DNA of 64,000 nt from Mobula hypostoma. Lineage: Eukaryota. Numbering within the stretch: position 1 is the stretch's first letter; each line of letters starts with the position of its first letter. This document shows, one piece after another, positions 38,061 to 49,066 of this stretch. The notes beneath the pieces were generated by a model, which saw nothing but the letters and a program-made list of their open reading frames with translations, had not been told where the DNA came from and searched no databases. Made by a program: the position numbers and the translations under genes. The stretch covers positions 19,778,001 to 19,842,000 of the forward strand of contig NC_086106.1 of the NCBI RefSeq assembly GCF_963921235.1, given 5' to 3'.

Positions 38061-41000
38061 GTGTTCCCTCGGACCCTACGAAAGGCAAGTGCAGAAATTT
38101 CTGGGGCTCTAGCAGAGATATTTAAAGCATCCTAAGGAACAGGACAGGCACCAGAGCATTGGAGGATAGTCAATCCTGGTCCACTGTTTAAGAAGGGGGG
38201 TAGGTAGCAGAAAGGAAACTATAGACCTGTTAGCCTGACATTAGTGGCTCGAAAGTTGTTGGATGTCATTACAGAGTACCTGCAGGCAAATGATAGAACA
38301 GGCCAAAGCCAGCATGGTTTCCCAAATTTAAAATCCTGCCTGTCTAACCTACTGTAATTTTTTGAGGAAATTACAAGCAGGGTAGACAAACGAGATGCAG
38401 TAGACGTGATATGCTAGGATTTTCAGAAGGCCTTTGACAAGGTGCCACACATGAGGCTGTTTAGCAAGATAAAACCTAATGGAATTACAGGGGAATTACT
38501 GGAATGGGTGGAACATTGGCTGATCGGCAGAAAACAGTGAGTGGGAATAAAGGGATCGTATTCTGGCTGGCTGACGGTTACTAGTGGAGCTCCAAAGGTG
38601 TCGGTGTTGGGACTGCTGCTTTTTACAATGTTTGTCAATGACTTGGACTATGGGTTTAATGGATTTGTGGCTAAATTTGCCGATGATACAAGATAGTGGA
38701 GGACTGGGTAGTGTTGAGGAAACAGAGAGCCTGCAGAGAGACTTAGATAGTTTAGGTTTAGGGGAATGGGCAAAGAAGTGGCCAATGAAATACAATGTTG
38801 GAAATTGTATGGTCATGCACTTTGGTGGAAGAAATAAACGGGCAGGCTATCATTTAGACGCGGAGAGAATTCAAAATGCAGAGATGTAAAGGGACTTGGC
38901 AGTCCTTGTGCAGGATACCCGAAAGGTTAACCTACAGGGTGAATCGGTGGTGAGGAAGGCAAATGCAATGTTGGCATTCATTTCTAGAGGTATAGAATAT
39001 AAGAGCAGGGATGTGATGTCCAGGCTCTATAAGGCACGCATGAGACCACACTTAGAGTATTGTGTGCCGTATTGGGCTCCTTATCTTAGAAAGTATATAC
39101 TGACATTGGGGAGGGTTCAGAAAGATTCACGAGAATGATTCCAGGAATGAAAGGCTTACCGTATGAGGAATGTCTGGCAGTTCTTGGGCTGTATTCCCTG
39201 GCGTTCAGGAGAATGAGAGGCGATCTCATAGAAACATTCTGAATATTAAAAGGCCTGAACAGATTAGATATGGCAAAATCATTTCCCATGGTAGGGGAGT
39301 CTAGGACAAGAGGACATGATTTCAGGATTAAAGGACGTCCATTTAGAACAGAGATGCTGAGAAATTACTTTATTCAGAGGGTGGTAAATCTGTGGAATAT
39401 GTTCCCACGAGTGGCTGTGGAGGTGAAGTCATTGGGTGCATTTAAGGCAGAGATAAATAAGTTCTTGATTAACCAGGGCATCAAAGGGCATGGAGAGAAG
39501 GCAGGGGAGTGGGGATGACTGGATCAACCCATAATGGAATGACGGAGCAGACTTAATGGGCCGAATAGCCTACTTCTGCTCTTGTATCTTATGGTTTTAT
39601 GGTCATATAAACAGAAACCAGGAAATTATAAGCCGGTGAGTCTGACATAAGTTGTGGGAAAATTATGGGAAGTATCCTATGGGACCGGATACATGAGTAT
39701 TTGGGTTGATATAGACTGATTAAGGATAGTCAGCATGGTTTTGTGTGTGTAGGGCACATCTAACCGATCTTATGGAGGTTATTGAGGAAGTTACTAGGAA
39801 CGTCAATGAAGGCAAGGCAGTGGATGTTGTCTACATGCACTTTAGTAAGGCACTTGACAAAGTACTGCATGAGAAGCTGGTCGAGAAGGTTCCTTCGCTT
39901 GGCATTCAAGATGAGGCAATAAATTGGATTTGTGGAAGAAGCCAGAGTGTGGTGGTAGATGGTTGCCTCTGGAGACCTGTGACTAGCAGGGCGCCACAGG
40001 GAATGGTGCTGGGTCCATTGTTTGTTAACTCTGTCAATGATCTGGATGATAATGTGGTTAATTGGATCAGCAAATTTCTGTTGACACCAAGATTGGAGGT
40101 GTAGTGGACAACAAGGAAGGCTAGCATGGCTTGCAGAGGGATCTGCATCAGCTGGAAAAATTGAATGAAAATTAGGAAATGGAATTTAACGCAGACAAGT
40201 GTAAGGTTTTGCACTTCAGTAGGACCATCCAGGGTAGGTTTCACACAGTGAATGTTAGGGCACTGAGGAGTGTGGTAGAACAAAGGGGTTGGGAATACAG
40301 ATACATAATTCATTGAAAGTGGTGTCACAGGTAGATAGGATCATGAAAGCTGCTAGCACATTGGACTTCATAAATCAATGTATTGAGTACACGAGATAGG
40401 ATGTTGTGCTCCGTACTTGCTAATATGATGAACTGCTTTGGGCAACCTCCAGGCTGCTCCTGGGTTCATACCTGCAGACTCAGTTTAGGTTTGGAATGTT
40501 GTTGTTTGCTTCAATTGCTTACATGTTTTGTGTTTTTTTTCTTTCTCTTGTACACCAGATGTGGTCTTTTTTTTAAATGAGTTATTTTGAGTTTCTTGCT
40601 TTGTCGCTACCGGTGAGAAAGCTAATCTCAAGATTGTACAATAATGAATTCTTTGACAATAAATGTACTTGATTATTGAACCTGAACTTGAATGTTCTGT
40701 TGAAGTTGTCTTAGACATTAGTGAGACCTAATTTGGAGTATTGTGTGCAGTTTTGGGCACCTACTTACAGGAAAGATGTAAATAAGGTTGAAATAGTACA
40801 AAGAAAATTTACAAGTATGTTCCTGAGTCTGGAGGACCTGAGATATAGCAATTACAGCATGGAAACAGGCCATCTCGGCCCTTCTAGTCCGTATAGAGAA
40901 AGACTGAATAGGTTAGGACTATATTCTTTGGAATGTAGAAGATTGAGAGGAGATTTGATAGAGGTGTACTCAATTAGAAGAGGTATAGATAGGGTCAGCT

Positions 41001-41211
41001 GGCTAGTGGCGTAGTGCCATCAGCGCCGGACTAAGGAGGGCTGAGTTCAAATCCAGCCGACTCCTTTGCACGCTTTCCATCCGCGCTGGGTTGAGCGTCA
41101 AGCTAGCAACCCGGCCTCGTAATAATAAGAAAGCCTGCAAATAAAAGGCCATCATGATGGCATCCCGATGACTCCATTCAGAGTTAAGGGCTTTCTTCTT
41201 CTTCTTCATAG

Positions 41212-44200
41212 TATTGTGGTGGTGGAGGCGGAGACGATAGGGTCTTTTAAGAGACTCCTGGATAGGTACACGGAGCTTAGAAAAATAGAGGGCTATGGGT
41301 AAACATAGGTAATTTCCTAAGTAAGGACATGTTCCGCACAGCATTGTGGACCGAAGGGCCTGTAATTTGCTGTAGGTTGTCTATGTTTCTATGTTTCTAT
41401 CTATCTAACTAACTATCTATCTTCCTGAGGCACTGCTCCTTGAAGATGTCTTGGATACTACAGAGGCTAGTACCATAAAGGAGCTAACTACTTTTACAAC
41501 TTTCTGTAGCTTCTTTCAGTCCTGTGCAGTAGCACCCCCATACCAAACAGTGATGCAGCCTGTCAGAATACTCTCCATAGTACATCTATAAAAGTTTTTG
41601 AGTGTTTTAACTGACATGCCAAATCTCTGCAAATTCTTAATGAAATATAGTCACTGTCTTGCCTTTTTCATAGCTGCATCGATATGTTGGGACCAGGTTA
41701 GATCCTCAGAGATCTTGACAGCCAGAAACTTGAAATTGCTCACTCTTTCCACTTTCAATCCCTCTATGAGGATTGGTATGTGTTCCTTCTTCTTACACCT
41801 CCAGAAGTCCACAATCAGCTCTTTTGTCTTGCTGACTTTGAGAGCATGTTTGTTGCTGCAATAGCACTCCACTAGTTGGTATATCTTGCTCCTGTAGGCC
41901 CTTTTGTCTCCATCTGAGGTTCTACCAACAATGGTTGTATTATCAGCAAATTTACAGATGGTATTTGAACTATACCTAGCCTCACAGTCATGGTTTGTAG
42001 ATGGAGTAGAGCATTGGGCTAAGGTGCACCAGTATTGATCATCAGCGAGGAGGAGATATTATCATCAATCTGAACAGATTGTGGTCTTCCTGTTGGGAAG
42101 TCAAGGACCTAATTGCAGAGATACAGAGGCCCAGGTTCTGTGGCTTATCGATCAGTACTGTGGGAACGCTGAGCTATAGTTAATGAACGGCATCCTGACA
42201 TAGGTGTTTGTATTGATCAGGTGGTCTAAGTCTGTGTGAAAAGCCATTGAGATCACATCTCCTGCAGACCTTATGTGGCAATAGGGAAATTCTAGTGTCT
42301 CCAAATCCTTGCTGAGGCAGGAATTCATTCCAGCCATGTCCAAACTCTCCAAGCATTTCATTACTGTAGATGTGAGTGCTACTGGTCGATAGTCATTAGG
42401 GATGCTCACACTATTCTTCTTAGGCACTGGTATAATTCTTTCCTTTTTGAAGCGGGTGGGAACTTCTGACCATAACAGTGAGAGATTGAAATTGTCCTTG
42501 AATACTCCCATCAGTTGGTTGGCACATAAGTCTTCAGAGCCTTACCAGATACTCCATTGGCATAGTCATACTTTATTGATCCCGGGGGAAATTCGTTTTT
42601 GTTACAGTTGCACCATAAATAATTAAATAGTAATAAAACCATAAATAGTTAAATAGTAATATGTAAATTATGCCAGGAAGTAAGTCCAGGTCCAGCCTAT
42701 TGGCTCAGGGTGTCTGACCCTCCAAGGGAGGAGTTGTAAAGTTTGATGGCCACAGGCAGGAATGACTTCCTATGACACTCTGTGTTGCATCTCGGTGGAA
42801 TGAGTCTCTGGCTGAATGTACTCCTGTGCCCAACCAGTACATTAGGTAGTGGATGGGAGACATTGCCCAAGATGGCATGCAACTTGGACAACATCTTCTT
42901 TTCAGACACCACCGTGAGAGAGTCCAGTTCCATCCCCACAACATCACTGGCCTTACGAATGAGTTTGTTTATTCTGTTGGTGTCTGCTACCCTCAGCCTG
43001 CTGCCCCAGCACGCAACAGTAAACATGATAGCACTGGCCACCACAGACTCGTAGAACATCCTCAGCATCATCCGGCATCTGCCACCTTATGAGGGTTCAC
43101 CCTTGTTCAAGACAGCCTAACATCGGCCTCTGAGGCAGAGATCACAGGGTCACCCAGGTGCAACAGGGATGTTCACAGCTACAGGTATATTCTCCCTTTC
43201 AAAGTGGGCATAGAAGGCATTGAATTTATCTGGTAGTGAAGCATCGCTGCTATTCATGCTATTGGGTTTCACTTTGTAGGAAGTAATGTCCTGCAAACCC
43301 CGCCAGAGTTGACGCTCACTGGATGTCGCCTCCAAATGGACTTGTTCCCTCGCTCTAGAAATAGCCCTCTGCAAGTCATATCTGGATTTTTTGTACAGAC
43401 CTAGGTCACCAGACTTAAATGCCACAGATCTAGCCTTTAGCAGATGATGGACCTCCTGGTTCATCGAGGGCTTTTGGTTTGGGAATGTACAGCAGGTTTT
43501 TGCAGGCACACACTCATCCACACAGGTTTAATGACGTCAGTAACATCTGCAGCATGCTCATCCAAAATCAAAGGTGAATCCCTGAATGCAGTCCAGTCCA
43601 CCGAACCAAAGCAGGCCTGACAGTGCTCCTGTGCTTTCCTTGCCAAGGCCTACACATCCTTCCTATAATAGGGTCACCATTATAAGAATAATGTTATAAA
43701 GCTGAGGCTCTGAAAGGCATTGGTCTTACTGACCACGTGGAGCATTGTGAACAGTTTTGGGCTATTTATCTAAGAAAGGATGTGCTGGCATTGGGGAGTG
43801 TTCAGAGGAAGTTCACATGAATAATTCTGGGAATGAAGCAGTTAATTTATGAGGAATGTTTGATGTCTCTGAGCCTTTACTCGCTGTAGTTTAAAAATCT
43901 CTTTGAACCCTATTGATTATTGAAAGGCCAAGATAAAGTGGACATGGAGATGATATGTCCTATTGTGGTGGTATTTAGGACCAGAGGTCACAACTGCATG
44001 CCATTAAAACAGATATGAGGAGGAATTTCTTTAGCTAAGCAGATATTGAATCTGGGGAATTCATTGCCACAATCTTTGTATCCTCTGCACACTCACTAAC
44101 CAAGCCATCCACATTTTCTTTCAGGTTACATGTAGCACAAACTGCAGACTTTCCCATTACATTCCTCTGCTGAGCACCACTGGTCACACACCTTTCTCCA

Positions 44201-44855
44201 GATTTGGACCTATCAATCACTACCTTCTGTCCTCAATGGGCAAGCCTATTCTGAATGCAGTCAGCCAAGTCACTGTGGCTGCTAAGAATCTTAATCATTT
44301 TGAAAGCACGTAACTGAAATTTCCAGCTGCATTGTCAGAAAGTTGTGTGTTCAGGCCGCCTTCCAGAGGCTTCTACACATTATCCAGGCTGACTATTCCC
44401 ACACAGGAGCAGAGGGAGAGCTGCTCTGCTGGAAATTCAGTCACAACGGAGACACTGATCGGAGGCTGGGATTGTGTTGAAAGGCAGAGGGAGAGAGCAT
44501 TTTCATATGAGGGATTTGCAGCAAATTGAGAGAGTCATAGAGAAGTACAGCATATAAACAGGCCCTTCGGCCCATCTAGTCCATGCCAAAATTATTTAAT
44601 CTGCCTATTTCCATTGACTTGCACCAGGACCTTAGCCCTCCATATCCCTACTATCCAAGTACCTATCCAAACTTCTTGTTGAAATCGAGCTCACATGCAC
44701 CACTTGCACTGGCAGCTTGTTCCACACTGTCATGACCTTCTGAGTGAAGAAATTTCCCCTCATGTTCCTGTTTAACATTTCACCTTTCACCCTCAACCCA
44801 TGACCTCTGGTTGTAGTCTCACCCAACCTCAGTGGAAAGAGCATGCTTGAATTTA
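41212..44855 (-). repeat. Inverted block of the tandem unit (reverse complement of ~17054-20155)
   Basis: Sequence runs backwards through the unit-1 order; for example minus ORFs 44035-44220 and 43461-43646 mirror plus ORFs 17728 and 18254. Confidence 0.92.
42564..43073 (-). mobile_element. 5'-truncated Rex1/Babar-type LINE 3' end, unique to the inverted block
   Basis: Minus ORF 42697-43071 (MLRMFYESVVASAI...KSFLPVAIKLYN); flanked by ggcat (42559-42563 and 43074-43078); empty site at ~18820. Confidence 0.8.
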
Positions 44856-44856
44856 A

Positions 44857-45020
44857 CACCAGCGCTACACCGACCGCTCTGGAGCATGGGTGGACTTTCA
44901 GTGCCAGACCCTTCCTGACTGTGAGTTTACAGGATTGGAAGTCAGAATCAGTCTTCAGCTGTACAGTGATTCATCCCCCCTCCAACAGCAGTATCAAGAA
45001 GCAAGTGAAGAATGTCCAAG
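44857..45020 (+). pseudogene. IgW: 3' half of a fourth CH4 exon retaining a consensus-type splice donor
   Basis: TSATPTALEHGWTFSARPFLTVSLQDWKSESVFSCTVIHPPSNSSIKKQVKNVQ, ending aag|gtaggg; the 5' half and acceptor are missing. Confidence 0.92.
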
Positions 45021-45606
45021 GTAGGGTCCTGGAACTCATCCCATTATTGAAAATGTTTACTTTGTCCTATAAATTGTGCCAGATTTAGGTGAAAACTGAA
45101 TCGTTGTGCATGGCTCTAATCCAGAAGCCTGACCTTCGAGATACTGTACAGTATCACTGAAATAGCCTTCCTAACTTGAGGATAATCCAAACCACTTCAC
45201 TGAACAGGAACCCAGAAGGCACCTGATACTCTTCTTCGAAATGGTCTTTGCCTTTGAATGGAATCCCAGCCTCTGATTTGTGCTTCATTAGTAACAAAAT
45301 TTGCAGCAGAGCATTTCTCTCACTCTCTCACTCTCTCACCTCTGTGTGCCTCACTCTCTGACACTCTGTCTCTCTGACTCTGCCCCTACATGGGGTAGTC
45401 AGCCGGACAGTATGTAAAATACAGCCTGATCACTCAGCATTCTGATGAAGATGCTGGTGAATTTAGTTACACTCTATGGAGTGAAAAAATGTAGTACATG
45501 ATCCGTGTAAAGATCAAAATATTGCCACTGCTTACAATTCGATATGTAGAGGAAAGGTGCAGGGAGGTCTTTGACCTGAAATGTTAATGCTGTCTCCCTC
45601 TCCACA

Positions 45607-45742
45607 GATACAGACTGAAATTTGGTGGGATATGAATCGATCACAACCAATCTGTTCCGAAGCATCGATAAATCTCCCAGCAAACCCACCCTGTGTCAAT
45701 ATTTCACGTGTTCTGACCATTTGTTTTAGATCTTGTGTCTGC
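45607..45742 (+). pseudogene. IgW: Remnant of terminal CH domain 3' end plus secretory tailpiece (CH6-sec)
   Basis: Frame 1 DTD*NLVGYESITTNLFRSIDKSPSKPTL, then +1 shift VNISRVLTICFRSCV. Aligns residue-for-residue with Ig tailpieces (human IgM [24 protein letters not shown]). AATAAA at 45942-45947. Confidence 0.8.
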
Positions 45743-46049
45743 CTCTTCATGATTCCATCTATTTGTTTTATTAGTTTGATGATTATTAACTGACCCAGCT
45801 CATTGAGAACAAAATTCAAAGCATATTAATCAAATGGCATCATTCGCCACAAATCTCTGAGCAGCTGGATAACTTTCAGTGCTGTATGTGATCACACATA
45901 GTATTAAATCTATTTACATGTCAATGTATCAATCCATTTTCAATAAACGTCATGTGAAAATGTTTTGGTTGTAAGTGTCCCTCACTGTTTTTTTTGGGAG
46001 ACAGTAAGTAAATAACTTGGGACAGAGAAAGATCATGAAGGATTGCAAT

Positions 46050-47400
46050 ATTGGTGTGAGTATTCTAATTGCTCGGGCATTTCGAGATCAAGAAGAGGAT
46101 AGTGCTTGGTCTTTCTAGGTGCATGAATGAGGGTAAGTCCTCACTGCCTGGTGGGATATATTCTGGGTTATTGAAAGAAGCAAGGGAGGAGATTCTTGAG
46201 GCCTTGACAAAGATCTTCACTTGCAAAATGTGAGGTCCCAGAGGACTAGAGAGTAGCCAATGTTTTTCCTTTGTTCAAGAAGGAAAAGAGAGAAAACTTT
46301 GGAAATGATAGGCCAATGAGCTTCACATCAGTGGTAGTGAAGCAACTGGAGAGGACTCTGACAAATAGGATCCATGTGCATTGGAAAAGCATGTGCAGAT
46401 TAGGGACAGTCAGGTGCGGTTTTGTGCAAGCCAGATCATGCCTTACATACAAGACTGAGTTTGTTGAGGGGGCATTGGAGGTGATTGAAAAGGATAGGGC
46501 AGTGAACGTTTTCTACATGGTCATTAGTCATATGACAAGATCATTCTTAATAGGCTAATCTGGAGGATCTTAAATGTTTCAGAACTACAGTTTGAAACTT
46601 GGTAGCTCAGATTTAGTCTTGGCTTGCTCAGATGGAAGGGTTGTTCCTCTGGATGGAGGTCCAAGGTCAGTGGTACACAGAACAGTACAGCACAGGAAAA
46701 GGCCCTTCAGCCCACAACATTGTGTTCTGCAGAGCTCAGCATTGGAGACTCTGTTGCATATGATGATGGCTTGGAGGAAACTGTAGATGGGTGGGATAGT
46801 AAGACTGGCGGATGTAGAGGTCAGAGGGTATCAATCAGTTATAGAAATGGCAGATAGGATTTAGGCCAAACAAGTGTGATGTGGTGTATGTTGGGAGGTT
46901 AAGTTAAGAGCGACGTAGCCAAATAACAGAAAGGCCCTTAGCAGAGGGATACAGATATTGGAAGGTATGAACTATAAGGAGAGGTCTCAGACAAACTTTG
47001 GTTGTTTTCGCTGGAGCGATGGAAGTCTGAGAAGAGTCCTCATCGACTTTATAAAATAATAATGCGTAAATAAGGTGGACAATGGGAATCTTTTTCCCCC
47101 GGGTATTACCATGAAACACTGGAGGGCACGCATCTGTGGTGAGGGGAAAGAACATTAAAGGAGACACGCATGGCAAGTTTTGTAAACAGAGTGGAAGGCG
47201 CCTCGAACAGCTGCCAGTGATAGTGGCAGAAACATATACAACAGTGGCGTTAACAGGCTGTAGATAGTTCCTTGAATATGCAGGGTATGGAGTGATATGG
47301 GTCATGTACAGGAAGAAAGCATTTCACTTAATTCAGCATCATGTTTAGTGCAGACGTCATTTGTGGAAGAGCCTGTTCCTATTTTGTATTATTCTTGTTT
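46050..47400 (+). mobile_element. Highly degenerate CR1 LINE fragments
   Basis: FKKEKRENFGNDRPMSFTSVV (ORF 46271) resembles the CR1 GNYRPVSLTSVV motif; CR1-like 3' end near 47380-47400. Confidence 0.7.
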
Positions 47401-48879
47401 CTAGGAAGGTGATGAGCACTCATGGAGAAATAGGTGATTTTGTATCTATAGTGTCCAACTGCTTCCCACACTATACCTGGATCTGCAGTAGATGAATGGA
47501 CAGAGATTGTTAGTCATTAGTCAACAACTAGTGTGATCATTGCTCAACAACTCCATTATCACTGTGTCATGTGACAGAAGGTGAATGGATTGGACCATGG
47601 TCTTTCCTAGTCCCTGTCATAATGTCTAAGCAAACTCCCACATAGCAAATTGCTCATGGCCAGATCATTTGGGTTTTGCTGATAAATGCATGGAAAGATA
47701 TTTGATCTGATTACCGAGGGTAACTCTCCTATTGTGCTGTCTAAAGGAAGAGTGAGACAGGAACTGTCAGGTGTTTGGTGGAGTTAAGTACGGTGGGGGG
47801 GGGGGCGGTGGTGAGGTGGTGGGTGTTGATGGGCAGATGAAGCCAGGTAGCGTAGGGGGTGGTGGAGATAGGAAGTCATAAAACCATGTCCATAAGACAT
47901 AGGAGCAGGAATAGGCCATTCAGCCTGTCATGTCTGCTCCACCTTTCCATCATTACTGATTTACTATCCCTCTCAACCCAATTCTCATGCCAACTCTCCA
48001 CAACCTTTGACGCACTTATTAATCAAGAACCTATCAAGCTCCACTTTAAATATACCCATTGACAGACTCCACAGCCAACTGTGGCAATGAACTCTGCAGA
48101 CTCACCACCCTGTGGCTAAAGAAAATCTTTCTCATCTCTGTTCTAAAGGGATATCTGTTGTGTATTTAATATTTCAGTAATATTTGAGTGGTATTGTAAA
48201 TATATTGTTTGATTAAGCGTTCTACACTGTTTACATATTTCATTTCGGATTATGTGTAAAAGTACATGAATGACATACATCATCATGCCACCATGTCACA
48301 TATGTGTGGCTTGCTAAAATAAAAATGGAATACCCATTATCCTTGGCACTCTAGCGTTTTTCTTGTGATTAATTTCTGAAGTTACAAAATATAACAGTAG
48401 TTAAATGAAATAGCCAATGAAAAGTGAGTGCCAGTTTTGCTGAGTGCATTAGGTAGAAAAGCATACAGTTTACTTAGAAGTTTGACTGCTCCAACCAAAC
48501 CAGACAAAGCCAGCTTTGCTGATATTGTGAAAATGTAGCAGGAACATTTAGAAGCAAAACACTTTAGGTTTCATAAGTGGAATCAAGAGGAAGGAAAGTC
48601 CATTCCAGTGTGCAGGACTGAACTGAAGAGACTGTTTGAGCATTGACAGTTCAGTGATGAGCTTAATGATGCACTGAGAAATCAGTTAGTTTGTAGACTC
48701 TTACCAGAAACATTCAAGAATGGCTTCTAACAAGCACAACCTATATTTAAAAGAGCTGTTGAAATAGCTGTATCAATGAAATTGAATTGCAGTTAGGAAT
48801 GAAATTGAGCGTGAATAAAATTACATCTAATAAGAAACCTGCCTGGCTGAACAAATTGTGTAACCATTGTGATAGAGGC

Positions 48880-49066
48880 TACACACATAAAAGTTGCTGG
48901 TGAATGCAGCAGGCCAAGCAGCATCTCTAGGAAGAGGTACAGTCGACGTTTCAGGCCGAGACCCTTCGTCAGGACTAACTGAAGGAAGAGTGAGTAAGGG
49001 ATTTGAAGTTGGAGGGGGAGGGGGAGATCCAAAATGATAGGAGAAGACAGGAGGGGGAGGGATGGA
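48880..49066 (-). mobile_element. Penelope-like element terminal (pLTR) fragment inserted in the old LTR element
   Basis: Same repeat family as 54945-55085 and 62461-62670; carries a hammerhead motif, as is typical of PLE pLTRs. Confidence 0.6.
48941..48976 (-). ncRNA. Minimal type I hammerhead ribozyme motif
   Basis: Minus strand reads AGUC-CUGACGA-AGG(GUCUCGG)CCU-GAAAC-GUC-GACU: stem I AGUC/GACU, conserved core, stem II, GUC cleavage triplet, palindromic ACGU stem III. Confidence 0.75.

Larger units (their letters stand above)
7590..45020 (+). repeat. Tandem segmental array of a CH3-CH4-containing unit (three intact pairs plus one truncated), core period ~11.4 kb
   Basis: CH3 starts at 8796, 24660 and 37350. 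The spacings of 15864 and 12690 reduce to ~11.4 kb after removing copy-specific Gypsy and CR1 insertions. The same ordered TE fragments recur in each unit. Confidence 0.95.

Noticed and set aside
23881-41211. Tandem units as an assembly artefact
   Set aside because: About 7% flanking divergence and private insertions with TSDs in each unit are incompatible with collapsed or duplicated reads of one sequence.
4779-45742. Calling the locus IgM or IgNAR
   Set aside because: CH3/CH4 match the EEIW and TALEQ domains shared by IgNAR and IgW, not IgM. Two further domains precede them, including a CH1-like one, which fits IgW better than IgNAR.
45581-45793. 70-aa ORF with a hydrophobic end as a TM exon
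   Set aside because: It is the frameshifted tailpiece read into former 3' UTR; it lacks the Ig TM motif, and the true TM1 is at 63172.
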